From the sequence record MK327937.1: 64,000 nt of DNA; one strand, written 5' to 3'. How positions within the stretch are numbered: the first letter of the stretch is position 1; the number at the start of each line of letters is the position of its first letter. A model generated the notes under the pieces. The model saw only the letters and a program-made list of their open reading frames with translations, was not told where the DNA came from and ran no database searches. Made by a program: the position numbers and the translations under genes. Of the stretch, positions 9,205-19,430 are shown in pieces. Source of the DNA: Escherichia phage vB_EcoM_G10400.

Positions 9205-10379
9205 TGAGTATGTTGCAACGCCCCGGATATCCAAATCTCAGCGTTAAATTATTTGATAGCTACGACGCTTGGAGTAATAATAGATTTGTTGAATTAGCTG
9301 CTACTATTACCACATTAACTATGCGGGATTCTCTTTATGGCCGAAATGAAGGAATGTTGCAGTTTTATGATTCTAAAAACATCCATACAAAAATGGATGG
9401 AAATGAAATAATTCAGATTTCTGTAGCTAATGCAAATGATATTAATAATGTTAAAACACGAATTTATGGATGTAAGCATTTTTCCGTGTCAGTAGATTCA
9501 AAAGGTGATAACATCATTGCTATTGAATTGGGAACTATTCATTCTATAGAAAATCTTAAATTTGGTAGACCATTTTTCCCTGATGCGGGTGAATCAATAA
9601 AAGAAATGCTTGGTGTCATTTATCAAGACCGTACACTATTAACTCCAGCAATAAATGCTATAAATGCTTATGTTCCTGATATTCCATGGACTAGCACATT
9701 TGAAAACTATTTGTCATATGTAAGAGAAGTTGCTCTAGCTGTAGGAAGTGACAAATTTGTATTTGTGTGGCAAGACATCATGGGAGTTAACATGATGGAC
9801 TATGATATGATGATAAACCAAGAACCATATCCAATGATTGTCGGCGAGCCATCTTTAATAGGTCAATTCATCCAAGAATTAAAATACCCATTAGCATATG
9901 ATTTCGTTTGGTTGACTAAATCGAATCCTCACAAACGTGACCCAATGAAAAATGCTACTATCTATGCTCATTCATTTTTAGATTCTTCATTGCCAATGAT
10001 TACTACGGGAAAGGGCGAAAACTCTATTGTAGTGTCAAGGTCAGGTGCTTATTCTGAAATGACTTATAGGAATGGTTATGAAGAAGCTATTCGTCTTCAA
10101 ACTATGGCACAATATGACGGCTATGCTAAATGTTCTACTGTCGGTAATTTTAACTTGACTCCTGGTGTTAAAATTATTTTTAATGATAGTAAAAACCAAT
10201 TTAAAACAGAATTTTACGTTGATGAAGTTATCCATGAATTATCAAATAATAATTCAGTAACTCATCTTTATATGTTCACTAATGCAACGAAACTGGAAAC
10301 AATAGACCCAGTTAAGGTTAAAAATGAATTTAAATCTGATACTACCACTGAAGAAAGTAGTTCTTCCAATAAGCAATAA
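9204..10379 (+). CDS. 27: Baseplate hub protein gp27
   Basis: 391 aa; synteny and length. Confidence 0.85.
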   Translation: MSMLQRPGYPNLSVKLFDSYDAWSNNRFVELAATITTLTMRDSLYGRNEGMLQFYDSKNIHTKMDGNEIIQISVANANDINNVKTRIYGCKHFSVSVDSKGDNIIAIELGTIHSIENLKFGRPFFPDAGESIKEMLGVIYQDRTLLTPAINAINAYVPDIPWTSTFENYLSYVREVALAVGSDKFVFVWQDIMGVNMMDYDMMINQEPYPMIVGEPSLIGQFIQELKYPLAYDFVWLTKSNPHKRDPMKNATIYAHSFLDSSLPMITTGKGENSIVVSRSGAYSEMTYRNGYEEAIRLQTMAQYDGYAKCSTVGNFNLTPGVKIIFNDSKNQFKTEFYVDEVIHELSNNNSVTHLYMFTNATKLETIDPVKVKNEFKSDTTTEESSSSNKQ

Positions 10380-10857
10380 AGAAGTTTCTATTCCTAAAAT
10401 GGGTCTTAAACATTATAACATTTTAAAGGATGTTAAAGGTCCTGATGAAAATTTAAAACTTCTTATTGATTCTATTTGTCCGAATTTATCACCGGCAGAA
10501 GTTGATTTCGTTTCTATTCATTTATTGGAATTTAATGGAAAGATTAAATCTCGTAAAGAAATAGATGGCTATACTTATGACATTAATGATGTCTATGTAT
10601 GCCAAAGATTGGAATTTCAATACCAAGGAAATACATTTTATTTTAGACCTCCTGGAAAATTTGAACAATTTTTAACGGTGAGCGATATGTTATCTAAATG
10701 CTTGCTTAAGGTCAACGATGAAGTTAAAGAAATTAATTTTCTTGAGATGCCAGCATTCGTTTTAAAATGGGCAAATGATATTTTTACAACTTTAGCAATT
10801 CCTGGCCCTAATGGTCCAATAACTGGAATTGGCAATATTATTGGATTATTTGAATGA
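10324..10857 (+). CDS. 28: Baseplate hub distal subunit gp28
   Basis: 177 aa; overlaps 3' end of gene 27. Confidence 0.75.
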   Translation: MNLNLILPLKKVVLPISNKEVSIPKMGLKHYNILKDVKGPDENLKLLIDSICPNLSPAEVDFVSIHLLEFNGKIKSRKEIDGYTYDINDVYVCQRLEFQYQGNTFYFRPPGKFEQFLTVSDMLSKCLLKVNDEVKEINFLEMPAFVLKWANDIFTTLAIPGPNGPITGIGNIIGLFE

Positions 10858-12626
10858 AAAAGCCACAAGAAATGCAAACGATGCGTAGAAAAGTTATTTC
10901 AGATAATAAACCAACACAGGAAGCGGCTAAATCCGCTTCCAACACTTTATCTGGACTTAATGATATATCTACGAAATTGGATGATGCTCAAGCTGCTTCT
11001 GAATTAATAGCTCAAACTGTCGAAGAAAAATCGAATGAAATAGTTGGAGCAATTGGTAACGTAGAAAGCGCAGTGAGTGATACTACTGCCGGTTCTGAGT
11101 TAATTGCCGAGACTGTTGAAATTGGCAATAATATCAATAAAGAAATAGGCGAATCACTCGGAAGTAAATTAGATAAATTAACAAGTTTACTAGAGCAAAA
11201 AATTCAGACAGCTGGAATTCAACAGACTGGAACTAGTTTAGCCACAGTTGAAAGCGCTATTCCTGTTAAAGTCGTTGAGGATGATACTGCTGAATCTGTG
11301 GGTCCTTTATTACCGGCCCCTGAAGCAGTTAATAATGATCCTGACGCTGATTTTTTCCCTACCCCTCAGCCAGTTGAACCCAAACAAGAATCGCCAGAAG
11401 AAAAACAGAAAAAAGAAGCATTTAACTTAAAATTATCTCAAGCTTTAGATAAATTAACGAAGACTGTTGATTTTGGATTTAAAAAATCCATTTCAATTAC
11501 TGATAAAATATCAAGCATGTTATTTAAGTACACCATCAGTGCTGCTATTGAAGCTGCTAAAATGACTGCAATGATATTGGCTGTTGTTGTTGGAATAGAC
11601 CTGTTGATGGTTCATTTTAAATACTGGTCAGATAAATTTTCAAAAGCCTGGGATTTATTTAATACTGACTTTACTAAATTCTCTAGCGAAACCGGAACAT
11701 GGGGTCCTTTATTACAGAGCATCTTTGATTCTATTGATAAAATTAAACAACTTTGGGAAGCGGGAGATTGGGGTGGATTGACAGCAGCTATTGTTGAAGG
11801 ACTCGGAAGTGTTCTTTTTAATTTAGGTGAACTTATTCAATTAGGTATGGCTAAATTATCTGCAGCAATTCTTCGAGTCATTCCTGGTATGAAGGATACT
11901 GCTGATGAAGTAGAAGGAAGAGCATTAGAAAATTTCCAAAATTCTACTGGAGCATCTCTCAATAAAGAAGACCAGGAAAAAGTTGCAAATTATCAAGATA
12001 AACGAATGAACGGAGACCTTGGTCCGATAGCAAAAGGATTAGATAAAATTGCTAATTGGAAAACTCGTGCATCTAATTGGATTCGTGGGGTTGATAATAA
12101 AGAAGCACTAACTACCGACGAAGAACGTGCAGCAGAAGAAGAAAAATTAAAGCAACTTTCACCTGAAGAAAGAAAAAATGCTTTAATGAAGGCTAATGAA
12201 GCCCGTGCCGCAATGATTCGCTTTGAAAAATATGCTGATTCAGCTGATATGAGTAAAGACTCAACGGTTAAATCTGTTGAATCTGCCTATGAAGACCTTA
12301 AAAAACGGATGGATGACCCGGATTTAAATAATTCACCGGCAGTTAAAAAAGAACTTGCTGCTAGATTTTCTAAAATTGATGCTACTTATCAAGAGCTCAA
12401 GAAAAATCAGCCTAATGCCAAACCTGAAACTTCTGCTAAATCGCCAGAAGCAAAACAAGTCCAGGTAATAGAAAAGAACAAAGCACAGCAAGCTCCTGTT
12501 CAACAAGCATCTCCTTCAATCAATAATACTAATAATGTTATTAAGAAAAATACTGTCGTTCATAATATGACACCTGTCACAAGCACAACTGCTCCTGGTG
12601 TATTTGATGCGACTGGGGTTAATTAA
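10854..12626 (+). CDS. 29: Baseplate hub / tail length determinator gp29
   Basis: 590 aa; synteny and length. Confidence 0.85.
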   Translation: MKKPQEMQTMRRKVISDNKPTQEAAKSASNTLSGLNDISTKLDDAQAASELIAQTVEEKSNEIVGAIGNVESAVSDTTAGSELIAETVEIGNNINKEIGESLGSKLDKLTSLLEQKIQTAGIQQTGTSLATVESAIPVKVVEDDTAESVGPLLPAPEAVNNDPDADFFPTPQPVEPKQESPEEKQKKEAFNLKLSQALDKLTKTVDFGFKKSISITDKISSMLFKYTISAAIEAAKMTAMILAVVVGIDLLMVHFKYWSDKFSKAWDLFNTDFTKFSSETGTWGPLLQSIFDSIDKIKQLWEAGDWGGLTAAIVEGLGSVLFNLGELIQLGMAKLSAAILRVIPGMKDTADEVEGRALENFQNSTGASLNKEDQEKVANYQDKRMNGDLGPIAKGLDKIANWKTRASNWIRGVDNKEALTTDEERAAEEEKLKQLSPEERKNALMKANEARAAMIRFEKYADSADMSKDSTVKSVESAYEDLKKRMDDPDLNNSPAVKKELAARFSKIDATYQELKKNQPNAKPETSAKSPEAKQVQVIEKNKAQQAPVQQASPSINNTNNVIKKNTVVHNMTPVTSTTAPGVFDATGVN

Positions 12627-12634
12627 GGAATAAT

Positions 12635-13729
12635 ATGGCAATTGTTAAAGAAATAACTGCTGATTTAATTAAAAAGTCCGGTGAGAAAATTTCAGCCGGA
12701 CAGAGTACTAAATCAGAAGTAGGAACTAAAACATACACAGCCCAGTTTCCAACTGGGCGTGCTAGTGGTAATGACACTACAGGGGACTTCCAGGTAACAG
12801 ATCTATATAAGAATGGATTATTATTTACTGCATACAATATGTCATCTAGGGATTCTGGAAGTCTTAGATCGATGAGATCTAACTACTCTTCTTCATCTTC
12901 GAGTATTTTACGTACAGCCAGAAACACTATCAGTAATACAGTATCAAAACTGTCAAATGGATTAATATCAGATAATAATTCAGGAACAATAAGTAAAGCC
13001 CCTGTTGCAAATATTCTTTTACCAAGATCTAAATCCGATGTTGATACATCATCACATAGATTTAATGATGTTCAAGAAAGTCTTATCAGCAGAGGCGGAG
13101 GTACTGCTACTGGTGTGCTAAGTAATATTGCTTCAACTGCAGTATTTGGAGCACTGGAAAGTATAACACAAGGTATAATGGCTGATAATAATGAACAAAT
13201 ATACACTACGGCTCGAAGTATGTATGGTGGTGCTGAAAATAGAACTAAAGTGTTTACTTGGGATTTGACTCCACGTTCAACAGAAGATTTAATGGCTATT
13301 ATTAATATCTATCAATATTTTAACTATTTTTCTTATGGTGAAACTGGTAAATCTCAATATGCTGCTGAAATAAAGGGGTATTTAGATGATTGGTATCGTT
13401 CTACGTTAATTGAACCTTTATCTCCGGAAGACGCAGCTAAAAATAAAACACTATTTGAGAAAATGACATCGAGTTTAACTAACGTTCTAGTAGTTTCAAA
13501 CCCGACAATTTGGATGGTGAAAAACTTTGGTGCAACATCTAAGTTTGATGGAAAAACGGAAATATTTGGCCCATGCCAAATACAAAGCATCAGATTTGAT
13601 AAAACACCTAATGGTAACTTTAACGGATTAGCTATTGCTCCAAACCTCCCTAGTACATTTACTCTTGAGATTACTATGAGAGAAATTATCACGTTAAACC
13701 GTGCTTCTTTATATGCGGGGACTTTTTAA
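12635..13729 (+). CDS. 48: Baseplate tail tube cap gp48
   Basis: 364 aa; synteny and length. Confidence 0.85.
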   Translation: MAIVKEITADLIKKSGEKISAGQSTKSEVGTKTYTAQFPTGRASGNDTTGDFQVTDLYKNGLLFTAYNMSSRDSGSLRSMRSNYSSSSSSILRTARNTISNTVSKLSNGLISDNNSGTISKAPVANILLPRSKSDVDTSSHRFNDVQESLISRGGGTATGVLSNIASTAVFGALESITQGIMADNNEQIYTTARSMYGGAENRTKVFTWDLTPRSTEDLMAIINIYQYFNYFSYGETGKSQYAAEIKGYLDDWYRSTLIEPLSPEDAAKNKTLFEKMTSSLTNVLVVSNPTIWMVKNFGATSKFDGKTEIFGPCQIQSIRFDKTPNGNFNGLAIAPNLPSTFTLEITMREIITLNRASLYAGTF

Positions 13730-14694
13730 TGTATTCTTTAGAGGAATTTAATAATCAAGCAATAAACGCAGATTTCCAACGTAATAATATGTTTAGCTGC
13801 GTTTTTGCGACAACTCCATCAACTAAAAGCTCTTCGTTGATAAGTTCAATTAGCAACTTTTCTTATAATAACTTGGGCCTAAATTCAGATTGGTTAGGAT
13901 TGACTCAAGGTGATATTAATCAGGGAATTACCACGCTAATTACTGCTGGCACACAAAAACTGATAAGAAAATCAGGGGTTAGTAAATATCTTATTGGTGC
14001 CATGAGTCAACGTACAGTTCAAAGTTTATTAGGCTCATTTACAGTTGGTACATATTTAATTGACTTCTTTAACATGGCATATAACTCATCTGGATTGATG
14101 ATATACTCTGTAAAAATGCCAGAGAATAGATTATCCTATGAAACTGACTGGAACTACAATTCTCCTAATATTCGCATAACCGGGAGAGAATTAGACCCTT
14201 TGGTTATTTCATTTAGAATGGATTCAGAAGCTTGTAACTATCGTGCAATGCAAGACTGGGTTAACTCCGTTCAAGACCCAGTAACTGGATTACGCGCTTT
14301 GCCACAGGATGTCGAGGCAGATATTCAGGTTAATCTTCATTCTCGTAATGGATTGCCTCATACTGCGGTGATGTTCACTGGATGCATTCCAATATCAGTG
14401 AGCGCTCCTGAGTTATCATATGATGGAGATAACCAAATAACTACATTTGACGTTACTTTTGCGTATAGAGTGATGCAGGCTGGAGCAGTTGATAGGCAAG
14501 CTGCGCTTGAATGGCTTGAATCTGCTGCTATAAATGGTATTCAAAGCGTTCTCGGAAATAGTGGAGGTGTTACTGGACTATCTAATTCGCTTTCACGACT
14601 CAGTAGATTAGGGGGAACTGCAGGAAGCATTTCAAACATTAATACTATGACAGGAATTGTCAATTCGCAAAGTAAAATATTAGGAGCAATATAA
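13729..14694 (+). CDS. 54: Baseplate tail tube initiator gp54
   Basis: 321 aa; synteny and length. Confidence 0.85.
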   Translation: MYSLEEFNNQAINADFQRNNMFSCVFATTPSTKSSSLISSISNFSYNNLGLNSDWLGLTQGDINQGITTLITAGTQKLIRKSGVSKYLIGAMSQRTVQSLLGSFTVGTYLIDFFNMAYNSSGLMIYSVKMPENRLSYETDWNYNSPNIRITGRELDPLVISFRMDSEACNYRAMQDWVNSVQDPVTGLRALPQDVEADIQVNLHSRNGLPHTAVMFTGCIPISVSAPELSYDGDNQITTFDVTFAYRVMQAGAVDRQAALEWLESAAINGIQSVLGNSGGVTGLSNSLSRLSRLGGTAGSISNINTMTGIVNSQSKILGAI

Positions 14695-14698
14695 CAAT

Positions 14699-14716
14699 GG
14701 GGACCTTTCGGTCCCC
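14699..14716. terminator. Bidirectional intrinsic terminator between gene 54 and the alt region
   Basis: GGGGACC-TTTC-GGTCCCC hairpin followed by T-rich run. Confidence 0.65.
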
Positions 14717-14722
14717 ATATTT

Positions 14723-15013
14723 TTATTTACGGAATGAAATAAAAGCAGCAACTGAAGCAACTAAACTGTCTTCAATATAAACCTCAATTTTTACCGGAGC
14801 TTCTGACTCAAATTTACCTGTTACTACACCTTGGAAAATACTTTCAGTCTGTTCTGGCTTTGAAAAATTTTCAGAAGGAAAAATTCCGAACTTTTTATCT
14901 GTTCCAAAAATTTTGATAAATTCATCGTAAACTGCTTCATTAAAAGCATTATCAGCAGGAATAACTCCTTCAACTACAAGTTCTTGACCTAAAAAGCGCA
15001 AAGAAGATTTCAT
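14723..15013 (-). CDS. Hypothetical early protein downstream of alt paralogs
   Basis: 96-aa ORF; GAGGA Shine-Dalgarno and ATG at 15011-15013. Confidence 0.6.
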   Translation of the reverse strand: MKSSLRFLGQELVVEGVIPADNAFNEAVYDEFIKIFGTDKKFGIFPSENFSKPEQTESIFQGVVTGKFESEAPVKIEVYIEDSLVASVAAFISFRK

Positions 15014-15044
15014 TTTGTGTTCCTCATGTTATGTCAGTAAGACT

Positions 15045-15074
15045 ACTATAACACAACACGAGGGACTTGTAAAC
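15045..15074 (-). promoter_or_regulatory. Candidate early promoter (GTTTAC -35, 18-nt spacer, TATAGT -10)
   Basis: Minus-strand GTTTAC at 15069-15074 and TATAGT at 15045-15050; part of a ~50-bp cassette repeated at 30281-30334. Confidence 0.5.
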
Positions 15075-17131
15075 TACATTTTGAACTTTTTAGACATTCC
15101 GTTGATGTTAACCAAAGAAGCCAAGATTTGAGAAACTTCATTTTCCTCTTCTTTTGATTCTTCTACAAGGAATTGATTAAATCCAGCCATTGGACGAACT
15201 TCACCAGTTTCCATTAGATGGTCTCCATCATATACTGATTCTTCTAATTGTTCAGAAGGAGGAACGATTGTACCTTCGATTAGATACTTGTTATAAGCAG
15301 TTTCTTTCATAAAGTACGTACTTACTTTATTAATCTTCAGTAAAATTCCACGTGGTAGAATAACTTCAGCTTCTGATGGAAATCCTGATAAATGACCTGG
15401 AACGATAACTTTGATTCGCTCAGCTCCTTTAATTATCATACCCACGCTAGTTTCTGCATCTTCATTAGCATATGTAGAATGACTACCCATATGCATCAAA
15501 TCTTCTGCATCAACGGAACCTTCTCCTTCACCAGAAAATACTGCGCCGGAATCATCTAGAGCCATATAGTTTTTACCATGCTCACCGAAGATATTTGGTT
15601 TAAGCGATGTGGATACGAAGTTCTTGAAATAGAACATTTTATTTTCAATGTTATGACGCAAAGTTTTAAAGGTAACTTCTTGCCCACGGTAAAGTGTAGT
15701 TCCTGGAGGAAGAACTGATCCTTTGGCAAAGGCAGAATCTAACGTCTCGATGTGCTTAATAGCTCGTTCCATGTATTCTTCACGGGTAGAATCTGGTTTA
15801 CCCAAAAGGAACGAGTTCATTTCAACATATGAATCTGCACAATAATCTTCAATTACATCAGATTCAGCCTGAGTCAGTCCTTTTGGAGCTACTTCGGTGC
15901 TTGCGTATTCATATGCCTGGGCAGCAGATTCATTAATCAATTTATAAATGCCATTCATGACAAATTGAATAATAGCTGTCTTTTCATCTGGTGTGGTTTT
16001 AGAACCTTTAACTAAATCATTAATAATTTTCTTAATAACATCAAAGCTATTAGAAATATTAATGTCAGCAAGATCGCTTAAAATTTTATCAGTTTTATAA
16101 TCAAAGAATTCTTTATTCTTTAAATATTCTTGAGAACCTTGATATGTTATATCGCTCTGCAACTTGATAGATGGATCACGTAAACGTGCATGGGCCAATG
16201 CAATATGATTTCGGAAGCTTTCTAGTTCATAATCGTTAGATTTAAAACGAGAAGCACTTCTCATACCACCGATAGCTCCTTTGCTGAAGTTTGAACCAAT
16301 CTGGATAACGCCAGAGTTCATCGGACCTTCTGCTTTATATACCGGAACTTTAGATTCAAACTCTTGATATTTCTTGGCAGCAAAGCTATCACCCTGAAGT
16401 GAAGCATCAACAGTAGAATATTGAGCTTGTGCTGCTAATCGACGACTTATTTTAGTTTTCTGAATAACAGCTTGGTCCGTGCGCTTATCATTTTCTAAAG
16501 CAATAGAAGCAGCAACAGCGACAGCTTTAGGAACAGCATTTCCTGTTTTAACGTCTACATAAACATCACCGACCTTTGATTCAACTTTTGTGAATAACTC
16601 AGTTGAAATAGGAGGTACACCTGGAATGTCTTCTAAATTGGCATTTTTACGGTAAACCATAATATATGCATATTTCTTATCATAGTCCCAGATTTCCTTT
16701 AAAAGAACATATCGACCTGCTCCTTTAGTACGTACTAAACGGTCAGCAATAACTTGCATTTGACGAGCTGCGCCATTTGTTTTACTTTTTAGTACGCGGA
16801 ATAGGCATGCGTCGATTTTATACTGTTTCATTGTTTGAAGAGCAGTATCAAAAACGGCATTAATGACACCAATTGGATTTCCACCCAAGTTTTTAAGCTT
16901 AACTAATGATAGTTTCTCATTAACACCTATCATTACGATATGCATCATTTTATCGCCTGGCTTAACGTTTTTATTCGTATCACCACCAGAGGTGTATGTA
17001 CAAAATCTAAATCCAGGAAGCACGCTTTCTTCGCCGGCTTGAATAGCAAAAATTTGTGGTATTTTATGCTTAGGATTTAAGTTAACAACCGGCGCCGAAG
17101 CGCCGTCAAATAATTCTGTAATAAGTTCCAT
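15074..17131 (-). CDS. Alt-like ADP-ribosyltransferase paralog
   Basis: 685 aa; N-terminus MELITELFD and blocks shared with the adjacent alt; ART signature residues present (TLYRGQ, FVSTSL, EAEVILPRG). Confidence 0.75.
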   Translation of the reverse strand: MELITELFDGASAPVVNLNPKHKIPQIFAIQAGEESVLPGFRFCTYTSGGDTNKNVKPGDKMMHIVMIGVNEKLSLVKLKNLGGNPIGVINAVFDTALQTMKQYKIDACLFRVLKSKTNGAARQMQVIADRLVRTKGAGRYVLLKEIWDYDKKYAYIMVYRKNANLEDIPGVPPISTELFTKVESKVGDVYVDVKTGNAVPKAVAVAASIALENDKRTDQAVIQKTKISRRLAAQAQYSTVDASLQGDSFAAKKYQEFESKVPVYKAEGPMNSGVIQIGSNFSKGAIGGMRSASRFKSNDYELESFRNHIALAHARLRDPSIKLQSDITYQGSQEYLKNKEFFDYKTDKILSDLADINISNSFDVIKKIINDLVKGSKTTPDEKTAIIQFVMNGIYKLINESAAQAYEYASTEVAPKGLTQAESDVIEDYCADSYVEMNSFLLGKPDSTREEYMERAIKHIETLDSAFAKGSVLPPGTTLYRGQEVTFKTLRHNIENKMFYFKNFVSTSLKPNIFGEHGKNYMALDDSGAVFSGEGEGSVDAEDLMHMGSHSTYANEDAETSVGMIIKGAERIKVIVPGHLSGFPSEAEVILPRGILLKINKVSTYFMKETAYNKYLIEGTIVPPSEQLEESVYDGDHLMETGEVRPMAGFNQFLVEESKEEENEVSQILASLVNINGMSKKFKM

Positions 17132-17134
17132 GAT

Positions 17135-19189
17135 TTATCCTTGAACGAACTTGTAAGGCATGTTTGCAATATCTATACAAGACGCAATAATTCCAAGAGA
17201 TGATTCTACTTTCTGTTTAACATTTGATGAAACAAATGATGCAAAGTCAACTCTGTCTTCTACTTCAATATCACCTGTCATTGTAACTACTTCGCCGGTT
17301 TCCATTAGACGGTCACCGTCATAAATTACCGATTCGGTGAGTTCTTCTGTGGTCATAACTTCAGCTTGAATAAGCTTGTTGTTAGTTTTAACTGTTCCAT
17401 CATTGTAAGATGCATCGGTTATTTTATTAACTTTGACCATTAATCCACGTGGCAAAATGACTTCCATTTCATTTGAAGGTGCTAAACTTCCACCTGGTAA
17501 AACAACATTGACTTTATCAGCCCCAGTAATAACCCATCCAATTCCAACTAAATTATCGCTAGAATTTACTAGTCCTTCATCAGTTTTATCAATAGAAACA
17601 CTTAAACGCTTTTCGTCTGGTAAAACACCCACAGATGAATCAGTCATCCAGGTACCAAAAATATTTGGATATAATGATGTTGACACAAAGTTTCTAAAAT
17701 AAAAAACTCGATTTTTTACCATTGCTTCATATATTGAAGGTAACATTCGTTGTGAACGATACAAAGTAATACCTTTTGGTAATCGTTCACCATTTTTAAA
17801 GGCTGAATCTAAATTATCAATAGCTTTTTCTATGTCAGATGCTGTCAAAATACTTGTACGCTCATCTGGATTATATAATCCCAAAAGAGCATTATTTATA
17901 TCTACATATCCTGAACCTACGTATTCACGAATTCCGCGTTTTTGCGCCGGTGTGTATTTAGATGAATCTTTATTTTCGACTATAGGATGTAATGACCATC
18001 CAGCGGTAAGAGCATATCCACGTAATTCTCTTCGAATAATCTTTGTTTTTATTGCATTCCAAGAATTTTGTACTAACTCATTTGCAGCATCTTGGTTTAA
18101 ATGCGAATGTTTGTTAATATTTCTTTCAAACCAAGCACCTTTATATTTTTCTAAGGTATCATCGACGATAGAAGCAATAGTTTCTAAAGTTTTTATTGAA
18201 GTAATAGATTCTTTTTTTAATTTTTCTAAAGCTTTATTTTTTATTTCTGCATTAATAATGGATTCTTTATCTTCAGGAATTATAGAAGCTTCTCTGAATG
18301 CCATCCCAGCTGTAACACTGCTAAGAGCATTCTCTAGTGCAAATCCTGAAGTAGAAATTACCGTTAATTCATTAGAATCAGAAATTAAAGGCGCGTCCGC
18401 TGGTTTATTTAATTCTGCCGCTGAAGCCTCAAATTTTTGAAACATCGGTGTTTCAAATCTAGAAGATTCCAATGACTGACTTTGTGCAATTGCTCTACGG
18501 GAAATTTTAACTTTAACGATTACAGCTTGGTCAGAACGTTTATCATTTTCTTGTGCAATAGATGCTGCAATTGCCTCATTTTTAGTTACTTGAGCTCCAG
18601 TATCTTTATTGATATAAACATCACCGACCTTCGATTCAACTTTAGTAAAGAGCTCGGTACTAATTTCTGGAACTCCTGGAATGTCTTCTAGTGATACATT
18701 TTTGCGATGTATAAGAATATATGCATACTTTTTATCATAATCCCAGAGTTCCTTAAGAAGGACGTATCTGCCACCTGAACGACTACGGATAAGTCTATCA
18801 GCAATAACTTGAATTTGTCGAGCTTGACCAGCGGTTTTAGACTTAAGAATACGAAGCATACAGGCATCAATTTTATACTGACGCATTGTTTGCATCGCAA
18901 CAGTAAAAACTGAATTGATATAATTAATTGGGCTTGGACCAAGACCTTTTAATTTAGCAATTGAACCTTTAGCAGTTAATGTAAAAGGAACAATATGCAT
19001 CATTTTATCGCCCATCTTTAAATCGCGATTAGTATCACCTCCAGATGTATAGGTACATAAACGAAAGCCTGGTTGTTCAATTGCATCATCAACATGAACT
19101 GAAAAAATTTGCGGTATTTTCTTCTTTGGATTTAAGTTTGTAATCGGAAGAGTAGTATCTTCGTCAAATAATTCTGTAATAAGTTCCAT
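17135..19189 (-). CDS. alt: ADP-ribosyltransferase Alt (packaged head protein)
   Basis: About 684 aa from second Met; sequence matches my recall of T4 Alt (MELITELFDEDTTLPITNL...); ART motifs TLYRSQ, FVSTSL, EMEVILPRG. Confidence 0.8.
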   Translation of the reverse strand: MELITELFDEDTTLPITNLNPKKKIPQIFSVHVDDAIEQPGFRLCTYTSGGDTNRDLKMGDKMMHIVPFTLTAKGSIAKLKGLGPSPINYINSVFTVAMQTMRQYKIDACMLRILKSKTAGQARQIQVIADRLIRSRSGGRYVLLKELWDYDKKYAYILIHRKNVSLEDIPGVPEISTELFTKVESKVGDVYINKDTGAQVTKNEAIAASIAQENDKRSDQAVIVKVKISRRAIAQSQSLESSRFETPMFQKFEASAAELNKPADAPLISDSNELTVISTSGFALENALSSVTAGMAFREASIIPEDKESIINAEIKNKALEKLKKESITSIKTLETIASIVDDTLEKYKGAWFERNINKHSHLNQDAANELVQNSWNAIKTKIIRRELRGYALTAGWSLHPIVENKDSSKYTPAQKRGIREYVGSGYVDINNALLGLYNPDERTSILTASDIEKAIDNLDSAFKNGERLPKGITLYRSQRMLPSIYEAMVKNRVFYFRNFVSTSLYPNIFGTWMTDSSVGVLPDEKRLSVSIDKTDEGLVNSSDNLVGIGWVITGADKVNVVLPGGSLAPSNEMEVILPRGLMVKVNKITDASYNDGTVKTNNKLIQAEVMTTEELTESVIYDGDRLMETGEVVTMTGDIEVEDRVDFASFVSSNVKQKVESSLGIIASCIDIANMPYKFVQG

Positions 19190-19241
19190 CATAGCCTCTC
19201 TAGTGTTTATTCTATTTATAAAATTAAAGGCCCGAAGGCCT

Positions 19242-19430
19242 TTAATAATCTAGTGGTAAGAGAGTACGGTATATTTCAAACTTTGGACCTTTTTCATAGG
19301 CATCAAATGTTTCTGTGAATTTATTATAAGCATATGCATCTACAAATTCGAGAATGACTTGTGATACAGAAGTAGAAACATCTCCACCTTCTTTTTGAGC
19401 AATGACAATTGTTTCTAAGTAAGCTTTCAT
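19242..19430 (-). CDS. Hypothetical small protein between ligase and alt
   Basis: 62-aa ORF; overlaps ligase stop. Confidence 0.5.
   Translation of the reverse strand: MKAYLETIVIAQKEGGDVSTSVSQVILEFVDAYAYNKFTETFDAYEKGPKFEIYRTLLPLDY

Noticed and set aside
17433-18942. Several plus- and minus-strand ORFs (60-202 aa) overlapping alt
   Set aside because: Antisense or out-of-frame overlaps of a long, well-supported coding region; no start signals.
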